A stretch of DNA of 64,000 nucleotides from an uncultured virus (IMG/VR IMGVR_UViG_3300032320_000771) (taxonomy: Duplodnaviria; Heunggongvirae; Uroviricota; Caudoviricetes), in IMG/VR virus record IMGVR_UViG_3300032320_000771; one strand, given 5' to 3'. Positions 36,701-44,900 of this stretch are shown here, piece by piece. The translations under genes were made by a program, and so were the position numbers. How positions within the stretch are numbered: position 1 is the first letter of the stretch; each line of letters begins with the position of its first letter. Below the pieces are notes generated by a model that saw only the letters and a program-made list of their open reading frames with translations, was not told the origin of the DNA and made no database searches.

Positions 36701-37542
36701 CGTTTTCCTTTACCTTTACCAGGACCACCTCCAGCAAATTTATGTAAACCACCATGTTTGTTAGCAGGTAATAAATCTGTAGGTATACTACTTTCATCAG
36801 CTACTCCTCTATAGTTACCTAGATAATAATTTAGATCTGGTGTTTGTGGAAAGTTTTGTGCCCCTGGAGTAAATTTAATAAGTCTACTTAAGTCAAATGG
36901 AATTTGATCTTCAGTAGATAATTGTCCCGGATTACTGTACTGATCTAATATATCTTGTTCTGCTGAATCAGCATTATCAAAATAGTTTGGATAATCATAA
37001 TCTAATTCTCCACCCTCATCATAGTATCCACCATACTGCTGAAAAGTACCTTCTTGCGCATACTCTTCAGTACCAGGGTCAACACCACTTGCCATATCTG
37101 ATTCTGATAATGCAAGTTCTTCATCTTCATTTGGAGTACCTACATTAGGAGTTGCTGTTTTTGCGGGCTCTGGTGTTTGTGGATTATTATTGTTTGCATA
37201 GTCATCCTCTTCTTCATCTTGATTTAAGTATGCTGGATCTTTATGTCCTTGCTCAGCAAGTTTAGTCATTACAGTATTAATGATCTTAAATGCCATTTCT
37301 TGATCAACACCATACTTAGTAACTAAATTTTCAAAGACCATGTTTGGTTCCATACCATCTCTTAAGTTAGCATATGTATCCAACATAATAACTTTCATTC
37401 TTTCTTGCATGTTATTATTTGAATTCATTTGCATACCCATTTTTGCTTTTGGAAGAGCTTTATTTAAAAAGTTAGCTGTCTTATTATAGTAACCAGGTTT
37501 TTCTCCCGGACCAGCTTTTCTTATTCTAACAGATTTTTTCAT
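33766..37542 (-). CDS. modular putative cargo protein (1258 aa) with AT-hook, a hydrophobic segment and many [FY]xxGG motifs
   Basis: KRGRPRK AT-hook (36685-36705); FLKYAGILGGLGYLGY hydrophobic stretch; CPPG..W...QQC minidomain; C-terminal MTPEELQQFLKAGGQVEYL. Confidence 0.75.
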   Translation of the reverse strand: MKKSVRIRKAGPGEKPGYYNKTANFLNKALPKAKMGMQMNSNNNMQERMKVIMLDTYANLRDGMEPNMVFENLVTKYGVDQEMAFKIINTVMTKLAEQGHKDPAYLNQDEEEDDYANNNNPQTPEPAKTATPNVGTPNEDEELALSESDMASGVDPGTEEYAQEGTFQQYGGYYDEGGELDYDYPNYFDNADSAEQDILDQYSNPGQLSTEDQIPFDLSRLIKFTPGAQNFPQTPDLNYYLGNYRGVADESSIPTDLLPANKHGGLHKFAGGGPGKGKGKRGRPRKEKTPTETEAPTAGTTSTEIPVVENTGPQRIVTPQETVTAPSTWQKYQNFYARKNPISDRGVVGRQVENLGTLINTVRPQNWREKWRAEVAPSTTTTKIITDINALIENDKYEPSVLQKNADGSFNTGLGFNLDPSLADFLLKNTEQLDALLAKGKKKSAELDLNKLSELRNTGIPESISPELDFLSIHRQNNGKLKFTKDENGLFKVEIVSEVPTRLKGYNKKALTIKDELIIDPKTKEIIDPKTKLPLETVDKNYYMGNQLNWYNSPYRFPFTAKYPGLDLSTYPQIISENPLKKEPVSGWNTAWNMIGKPIVFSPMSLPFTYPGFVARSKFYPNASNIKTQFLGAQREIGPQAPGGMTFGDQPFGAQYADYNLLKNRNFQTGANFLKYAGILGGLGYLGYNQFLSQPDKDDITDKGQKESILKENINLEGRTRVGNDRNFGVTRSGYDKDSMLIENGDTINDKGWGTLAPDYKKGGAQKKQFVKNVMSKFAPGGEFGKGNRMDNLKNDVTKKKGFFPKLKAQADKVATEELYNAVQKSGDPQLMNIFMGQDQDPAQQMQQQFAEHGGFIDMDSKNPLTKFISGGDEADFYEPYSLPEAGNGHIVPGGSGGQYIIGQTPQGGEDKQWLDLDDPNLIKEHWGKSCPPGSVWSEKYQQCVPLMKTVYKPRVVQGRPSMANTLLPWNPIFRSYLTTAPKMSRRDNPYSRKNLRQFSKDFGTEDRYRVLPMLMARDSGRGEPSNMRKFLTRSLPFGALLQPKYDIGGISDPSQGDINLASSNVSPYEYNPNVPQNNMVDNSFIPVTDFRDQTTLNSNMFANPNQDQKHDTNYYDPTQYRKVTTMDGEAFNNVFNAGLNATSGYINRLQNNPRSLATTYQATNLLRQVPISNQTHKGDQQDIGQNIGFRGPEQGSENNSFSTFGNYPGAATGGFLAYGGFLEDGGYTDPYMEEEEVYMTPEELQQFLKAGGQVEYL

Positions 37543-37560
37543 TTGCTATTATATATATTA

Positions 37561-37570
37561 AATATACTAA
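37561..37570 (-). promoter_or_regulatory. putative phage late promoter motif TTAGTATATT
   Basis: Identical 10-mer upstream of the genes starting at 37542, 55238 and 57326; one mismatch upstream of 62053. Confidence 0.6.
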
Positions 37571-37586
37571 ATTTTAATTTATTCAT

Positions 37587-37603
37587 TAAACTTATAAAGT
37601 TTA
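37587..37603. promoter_or_regulatory. perfect palindrome TAAACTT-ATA-AAGTTTA
   Basis: 7-bp inverted repeat with 3-nt spacer, overlapping the stop of the 1454 aa gene and 17 nt upstream (on the minus strand) of the TTAGTATATT motif. Confidence 0.55.
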
Positions 37604-40600
37604 CTCATCTTCTATAATGTATCCACCTTTGATATATTGATCTATTTCTTTTTTTGTAAGTTTTGCAGAAACATATCCCCCATCTTTGTATGCTTCAATT
37701 ATACCTTCTCCTTTACTATAAGATTCTGGTATATTTAATTTTAACCAATCATTCCCAAATTGATCTGTGTGAGACATAACATTAGATTTACCAAATAATT
37801 TAATGTAATGTTTTTTATAATCATTATAAACACTAGATGCTTTGTCATTACCTTGAATTTTTGTAGATAACTCAGGAGTAGGAATATAAAGATATTTCTT
37901 TCCTTGTTCTGCTGCATATTGCAACATCTCTTGAATTAGTCTTTTTTCAGTAGACTTTTTATTAGTCATTAAGACTCTCTTTTGAGGTAAGTTTCTTTTA
38001 ATGACATCAGCTGCTTCACCAGTAATTGGTTCTCTTTCTACTGCAAAATCAACATCTGGAGAAAAATAAGTACCAGTTGATCGTTCTTCAAATTCTGGCA
38101 AGAATGCTTCTAAATCAAATTCCCCACTATCATTCTTTCTATATCTTTTTTTCATTTTAGAAACCTGCTCAGCAGCATCTGATTGTATTTGTGATGCATA
38201 AAGAGCATCAGGCTCATATGCATTTTCATAAACATGAGCATGTGCTAATGTTTCATATGTATTACCATGCTCTCTTGACCCATAACCAAATTCATTTAAA
38301 TTACTAAATTGAATAGTTCTTGGATTTGAAAGTTGAAAATCTGCAAAAGAATCTTTATTAGCTAAATAAGATTCATTTTTTTTATTAAGAACAGCCATGT
38401 CATTTTCAAGACTTTGTTCAAGTCCTTTAAGATATTCTGGACTTATAATTTGTTTGCCACCAGAATCATTTATAATAGTAGATTCTCCTTTTTCAAGAGC
38501 AGATTTTACTTTTTCAATTTTTGCATTTTTACGTTCAAGTATAAGATTTTTTGTAATACCTAAGTCGGTACCATATTTATCAATTGCATGTACTACATTA
38601 GCATTTAATCTATTATCTCCTGGCTTGTAATTTCTATATAATTTTCTAAAAGGATCTGGGTATATATCTTGTAAACCATAAGTAGAAGCGGGAACTTCTC
38701 TATAGTCACCAAGTTCTGGATCAAATAAATCTTGATTATGTAAACTACCTTCTATAAAATCAAATGGAACTTCTGTTCTTTCCAATGCTGGAATTGCATC
38801 TTGTACATTCTTCAGTAATTCTTTAGCATCCATGTGTGTAATATCTGATCCCATACCCTGCCATAACTCAGGATTGTTAAATAATGATTCTACAACTTCA
38901 TCACCACCTGCTGTCTTACGTAATATATTAAGTGCTTGATCAAAGTTTATCTTACCTGTCCTAGGATTAATTGCTTTGTATAAAGGACTGTTAGGATTAG
39001 CAGTTACATTTAAATTTAAACCAGTTGGTGGAACTGTTGTTTCATAAACATATGCATCTAAGTTTGGTACAGCCTCAGCATTTTTTTCTGAAAAGTCAAA
39101 AGATAATTGATTAGCTTTTGGTTGCTCTGGTAAAACATTTATTCTTTGAGCACTTGGAAAAACTGATCCCGGAGTTACAGATGGTTGAGATTCAACTACC
39201 TGAACAGGACTTGATTCATAAACAAAAGGTAATTCTGGAGTTGTTATAACTTCTCTTTCTCTTTCACGTTCCTTAGAAATTTTTTCTTTTGCACGTGCAC
39301 GTCTTCCCCTACCTGGTCCTGGTCCACCATATTTTTGTTGTGGTAGCATAGGATCTTGAATGAATGGATCTAAGTATCTTGCATCTCTAAGATTTTTATA
39401 ACCATGTCTACCTATCATTAATCCCATTCCTAATGGTAATAAATTTTCATTTATTTTTTTCTGATCTCCTTGTTGCAACCCTTGGTAAATATTTTTTCCT
39501 GCTTCAATTGCAAAGCCTGGATTATCAGGATCTAAGTTAAATGCATCCATACCAAATTTTGTAAGTAATGCATTACCTGGGGTTACTAAATTTCTAGCAA
39601 CTTCATAGGTTGGAAACTTTGATAAAATAGGTGCAGCTTTAGATAACTTTGGTAAAAGTCTAGCTCCCGACAATGCTTGTAAACTTTTTGAAAAAGGTAC
39701 AGAAAAGAATGCATTTAAAGCAACATCTCCAGTATTAATTTCTGGATTATCATTTACATAATTTTGATAAGCAGTAGAGCCTGTTTGGGCAGCCCAATGA
39801 AAAGGAGAAAATAAGTTTGTTACTTCTGAAATAGGATTTTGCAATTCTTGAGCTTTATCATAAAACAATTGTCTTCCACCTGGACCATAAGCTTGAGCCC
39901 ATGCATCTGCTTCCATAGGAGTAGCTTGATCTGTCATAGTACTTACCATTGGATCTTGCCATTCTCCAGATGTCCATTTCTGTAATGTATTTAAAGGTTG
40001 ATTAACAAATGCCATTGCTTGATCTACACCAAATAAAAATGGATTCATATTTTTCTGAGATCTATTTTGAAGAAACTTAGCTTGTTCTAATTCCTTTTTA
40101 GATTTATCCTTATATAGATTTATAGCTTTATTCTTAAATGTTTCTCCAAGTAAAGTCTGACCATAGGATGGTTGCTCACGATAAGTTTTTAAGAAATTTT
40201 TTGCTTCAGGAGATCCTAAAAAGTTTTGGAAATTACCATACTGATCAGATAAACTTTTACCTTCTCCTCTATACTCATCAGTGTTCTGTACATTTGCTTC
40301 CGTTGGTAAAATATTATTTAAGAAAGCATAATTTAAATATGACTGTGCTTCTTGATCTATTGTTTTATTTTTTTGATACTTAAAAGTATCAGGACTTTTG
40401 TATGCTGTAATGTTTCTATCACCACTTAGTTTTCCATATGATATATCTGTATCACCCATTTTAAATTTTAGGTTCTTTACTTTATTGTTGAACTCTTCTA
40501 AAATTTTAGCTTTTTCTTTTTGAAACTTATCTGGATTACTTGAAATATCTTTGTATGCTTTTATGTTAGCAGGATTTACATCAATACCCATATCTATTTC

Positions 40601-41965
40601 TGTAAGGGCATTCATTTTATTAACTGCATCATTATAAGCTTCAGAATATGCTGGAGTTACATTATCTGTTAAAGGATTAATAGGAGATAAACTGCCGGAC
40701 CAGGTTGACCCGTAAACATTATCAAACAATCTATTATTTAATGAGGTATAGTTATCTTGCGGATTAGCTGGAGCATCTAATTCTTTATGTATAGTATTTA
40801 TATCTTTCTCATATGTTTTAAGTATTTTTTCTTCAGGGTCACCGTCTTTTCTATTTGGAAATCTATTGGCAAAAATGCTTACATCATTATTGTTAATTGT
40901 GGTATTTCCATTTTCATCAGTTTTAAATAAACTTTTATCTATTGGTTTCCAATCAAAGTTCCAAGTGAATTTATTTTTATAATCATTTTTAAAATTTGAT
41001 TTATCATTAAACACTGAAAAATTATCATTGTTCCATTGGTTTCTGCTAGTATACTGAAAGACATTTCCTTTTGTATCTTGTTTATACATTACCCCCTGAT
41101 CATCTGTAAAATAGATGTCAGCATTTTGCATTACATCCAGAGAATCACTTATGTCTTTAAATTTAGTGTCTATTCCTTTTTTAGTACCCCAACCTTCTTT
41201 TTCTAATTCTTTTCTGGCATCTTCAGCAGACATACCAGAACTTATTTTTTTCTGGAGTTCTTTTGTTACATTAGCATTATAATCTTGATCTGCATAAGCT
41301 ATTATGTCTGAAAATTCACTTTGAATCTGTTTATCATCTAGTCCATGATATTTTTTAAATTCATATGGTCTAACACCTTGATTGTATATTAAACTTGTTA
41401 TTACACCTTTGGGATATGCATTAACTTTTCCATCTGAACCTGGTTCAAAATAATAAACAGAAGAAAGCTCATTTAAACGAGGCTTTAAATATTTATCAAA
41501 TTGCTCTTGTGTATATGTTTGAAAGGGCTCAAGCTTCTTATGTTTATTTCCTTTTTTTAATGCATTACCTACATATCTACTAAACTTATCCTCAAATATT
41601 TGTTGCCTTTCTCCACTCTTTTCTTCAGAAGTTAATTCTGCTATTTGTTTCTCCTGTGCTAATTCTTTTTCATAATTATAATCTTCTTCTTTCCATTGTA
41701 ATTGTCTAAAGGTTTTTGAATCTACACATTCTCCTTTATACGGTTGAAATCCTGGAGGGCAATCTTCTGGTTGTAATGTTTCATATAAACCATCTTGTGA
41801 TTCAAGTTGAGGTGCATATATTTTACTGAATAGTCTATCTATATTTTCATCTTGCGTAGGTTCAGTTTGATACATAGGATCTACTGTATACTCAGTAGGT
41901 TGAGTGGGTTTATTTATGCCACCATTACTAAATTGTGGAATACTTGTAATTCTATACTTTGCCAT
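37601..41965 (-). CDS. modular putative cargo protein (1454 aa) with C-terminal 'H...QIQSD...AAEQG' polyvalent-protein-like module
   Basis: Long ORF coupled by TAATG; modules separated by FSNGG, KYGG and YKDGG; C-terminal LTKKEIDQYIKGGYIIE. Confidence 0.75.
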   Translation of the reverse strand: MAKYRITSIPQFSNGGINKPTQPTEYTVDPMYQTEPTQDENIDRLFSKIYAPQLESQDGLYETLQPEDCPPGFQPYKGECVDSKTFRQLQWKEEDYNYEKELAQEKQIAELTSEEKSGERQQIFEDKFSRYVGNALKKGNKHKKLEPFQTYTQEQFDKYLKPRLNELSSVYYFEPGSDGKVNAYPKGVITSLIYNQGVRPYEFKKYHGLDDKQIQSEFSDIIAYADQDYNANVTKELQKKISSGMSAEDARKELEKEGWGTKKGIDTKFKDISDSLDVMQNADIYFTDDQGVMYKQDTKGNVFQYTSRNQWNNDNFSVFNDKSNFKNDYKNKFTWNFDWKPIDKSLFKTDENGNTTINNNDVSIFANRFPNRKDGDPEEKILKTYEKDINTIHKELDAPANPQDNYTSLNNRLFDNVYGSTWSGSLSPINPLTDNVTPAYSEAYNDAVNKMNALTEIDMGIDVNPANIKAYKDISSNPDKFQKEKAKILEEFNNKVKNLKFKMGDTDISYGKLSGDRNITAYKSPDTFKYQKNKTIDQEAQSYLNYAFLNNILPTEANVQNTDEYRGEGKSLSDQYGNFQNFLGSPEAKNFLKTYREQPSYGQTLLGETFKNKAINLYKDKSKKELEQAKFLQNRSQKNMNPFLFGVDQAMAFVNQPLNTLQKWTSGEWQDPMVSTMTDQATPMEADAWAQAYGPGGRQLFYDKAQELQNPISEVTNLFSPFHWAAQTGSTAYQNYVNDNPEINTGDVALNAFFSVPFSKSLQALSGARLLPKLSKAAPILSKFPTYEVARNLVTPGNALLTKFGMDAFNLDPDNPGFAIEAGKNIYQGLQQGDQKKINENLLPLGMGLMIGRHGYKNLRDARYLDPFIQDPMLPQQKYGGPGPGRGRRARAKEKISKEREREREVITTPELPFVYESSPVQVVESQPSVTPGSVFPSAQRINVLPEQPKANQLSFDFSEKNAEAVPNLDAYVYETTVPPTGLNLNVTANPNSPLYKAINPRTGKINFDQALNILRKTAGGDEVVESLFNNPELWQGMGSDITHMDAKELLKNVQDAIPALERTEVPFDFIEGSLHNQDLFDPELGDYREVPASTYGLQDIYPDPFRKLYRNYKPGDNRLNANVVHAIDKYGTDLGITKNLILERKNAKIEKVKSALEKGESTIINDSGGKQIISPEYLKGLEQSLENDMAVLNKKNESYLANKDSFADFQLSNPRTIQFSNLNEFGYGSREHGNTYETLAHAHVYENAYEPDALYASQIQSDAAEQVSKMKKRYRKNDSGEFDLEAFLPEFEERSTGTYFSPDVDFAVEREPITGEAADVIKRNLPQKRVLMTNKKSTEKRLIQEMLQYAAEQGKKYLYIPTPELSTKIQGNDKASSVYNDYKKHYIKLFGKSNVMSHTDQFGNDWLKLNIPESYSKGEGIIEAYKDGGYVSAKLTKKEIDQYIKGGYIIEDE

Positions 41966-44900
41966 TATTTTACTATTTCAAATGTATAACCGTTTTCTTT
42001 TAATTTTTGCATAGTAGCTTCATCTACTTCATCACCTAACTGATATTCTCCACCATCTTCAAATTTAAATCTAAATGGTGAATAAGGTATTTTTATAACA
42101 TCAGATGTATTTTTCCCAACCATTGGTTCTTTAATCTGTTCTAAATAACCCAAATAACTTTGTGCAGCATATCGAGCCGCAGTTTCTTTATCCAGGTTTT
42201 TATTTACAAGTCCAGTTTTAGGATCAACCCAGTAGTTTATATAAACACTTGGACGGTAATCATCTGATGATTTAATTTGTGCAAATTCAGGATCTTCTTT
42301 GAATAAATTAATATTAGTTTGAGGATCACTAAATTCACCTTTTTTTATTTTGTCATTTACATAATCAATTATTTCTTCATTAGTATTATTTTCTAATAAG
42401 TTATAAACATTTTCTTTTTCAGCTTCAAGTTCTAAATGTCCTGGTTTATAATATGTAGCTACAGGATCAAATACTTTTTGTCCGGGATTGCCAATGACTG
42501 CAGTTTCAGGACCTTGCAATGAATAAAAAGTACCTCTAGAATTTTTATCAATTAAACTATCAGTAATAATATCACCTGATTTAGCACCTTCTTTACCAGA
42601 TGTTTTATCTACAGTTTTACTATTATCAGATGTGTAGTTTTCTAAATCAACAAATCTTTGCAGCATATCAGAAGCTGAACCTGAATAATCAAATGGATAT
42701 CTAACTATTGATTTATATGGTCCATAAAGATCACCAAAATTACCTTTCTTAATAGCTTTAACATATGGTGTATTTCTATTGGCAAAAGTATACAAAGCGT
42801 CTAAACTATCTGGTGTTCCTTGTTTTAAATAATCTTGTTTTAAATAAGATGGATATTTTCCAGTTTTTAACTTAACTCTTTCTGCTGCTGTCATTTGATC
42901 ATTTGCTACAACATAATCAGTAGGTCCTTCTCCATATCTAAAAACATTAACATATTCAGTTTCGTAAGGAAGACTACTTAAACCAGATCTTTGACCATAT
43001 CTAATATTAGGAACATGTGTTGCTGCATATAAAGCTTGTCCAACTTTATCATTTTCTAAATCATATTTTACAATGGCATCTAAATCTCTTGGAGCAAGAT
43101 CTGTTTTTGTTCCTGAAGTAGAGATACCATAATCTTTAGCTTCAGTAGACCTCATAAATGTTAATGCATCTTGTATACCTCTACGTGTTGCTAAATCTAA
43201 AAGATTAGGATATGTCATCAAAGTCATTGGATTTAATGTTTGTGAAATTATCTCTTTATCTTTTAAAGTATTAATAACATCATAATTTTCTTTATCCATT
43301 AATTGACCAAGATTTTCACCACTTATCTTAGTGATCATATCTTGTACTGGATCAACTTTTACAGGTTCTTTAGGTACTTTTTTTTCTTTTGTTATCCGAC
43401 CAAAGCGTGCTTTAGGAATATCTGTTTTATTACTTAATGAAGGTACAGAAATATCTTCTACTATATAACCACCCTTAACATACTTGTCTATTTCTTTTTG
43501 AGTTAGTTTAAGTTGTATATCTCCACCGTCTTCTTTAAAATACATATTTTTACCTCTAGGATTAGATACCCCATCTGGAAGTAAATTGTTATCAGATTCA
43601 AAACCTATTATTGATTTTGCCCAAGACTCTGGTAAAAAACTAAGCGATGCCCCTTCATTATTATTATATATATCTTCAGCAGATTCTCTTAATTTATTAT
43701 ACCAAGGTCTTGTATCTCTAGGATCAGAAAGTGTTGATATCTCATGTAAAATGCCTAATGCATTTGCTCCTAAAGGACCTATTTTTTGTGCAGTATAATA
43801 ACCTGCCATGGGATGTCTGAAGTTATCTACCGGATCTTCTTTTCCTCCACGTTGTGCTGCTTCTCTTGCAGCTCTGTCCATAGGATTTCCTAACCATTCA
43901 TTTACTGTATCTTCTGTGCGTCTTAAGAATGTAGGTTGCTTTCTTGGTCGTAATGCTACTTCAGGCATGTTCAACATGTATGGTTGAAAGTCTGGATATT
44001 CTTCTAAGTATTCAGAATCAATTGGAGTTCTAGTTGTTTGGGGAAAACTTTCATCAGTAACATTTTTCCAACGTGTTTTTCTTTTTTTTCTTTCACCACC
44101 ATCTTTAAAATTACCGTAAACAGATGTATATTCTTCTGGGGTAATACCATATTCTTGTAAGTAAGCTTCATTTTGTTGTCTTACTTCATCTTTTTGTTTT
44201 TGATATTCTGACCATTGTCTCTCATATTCTTTTTGATTTTTTAAATCTCTAAGTGAAGAGGCACCTTTAAAATTAATTTTTCTTCCTTCTTGTTCTGCTC
44301 TTTCAATTTCTCCAGGGATATATTCACCATCTTCATTCTCATAACCTTCCATATAATCAGGATTATATCCTGTTAATCTTTGCACTAAAGCTGGTACAGG
44401 TCTATTAACATCTTTATCACCAAATTTAATATGACCTTTGCGATCTATTACACCCTTATCTCCAGTAATAAATCTTTTAATTTTTTGTATTGGTTTCTTA
44501 CCCTCAATAGTTGGAACTGACATTTGGTACTCAGGTTGCAAATAAAGAGGTGCATCTTCTGATGGTGTTGCTAAATCTAATTTAGGTATCATGTATTCAT
44601 CTGGAAGATCTATGTAATCATATTCCCTTTCAAATCTTGTTTCATGATCCGGCATATCATAAAAACCTTTATAGACACTTCCAAGGTTTTTTTCAATAAG
44701 ATTATAATCATCTTGTCTAGAAATTTTTTCACCGTGTCCATATGTACAATCTGGACATTCCTCTTCCTCTTCTCTTTTTGCATTTTTATATTCATCAAAA
44801 GTTGGGAGAACTGCATTATTATTTATGTCAGAATAATAGTTATATTCAGGATTTAAATATTCATCATTCCAGTTACCATCAAGTTCCTCTTCTATTTTTA

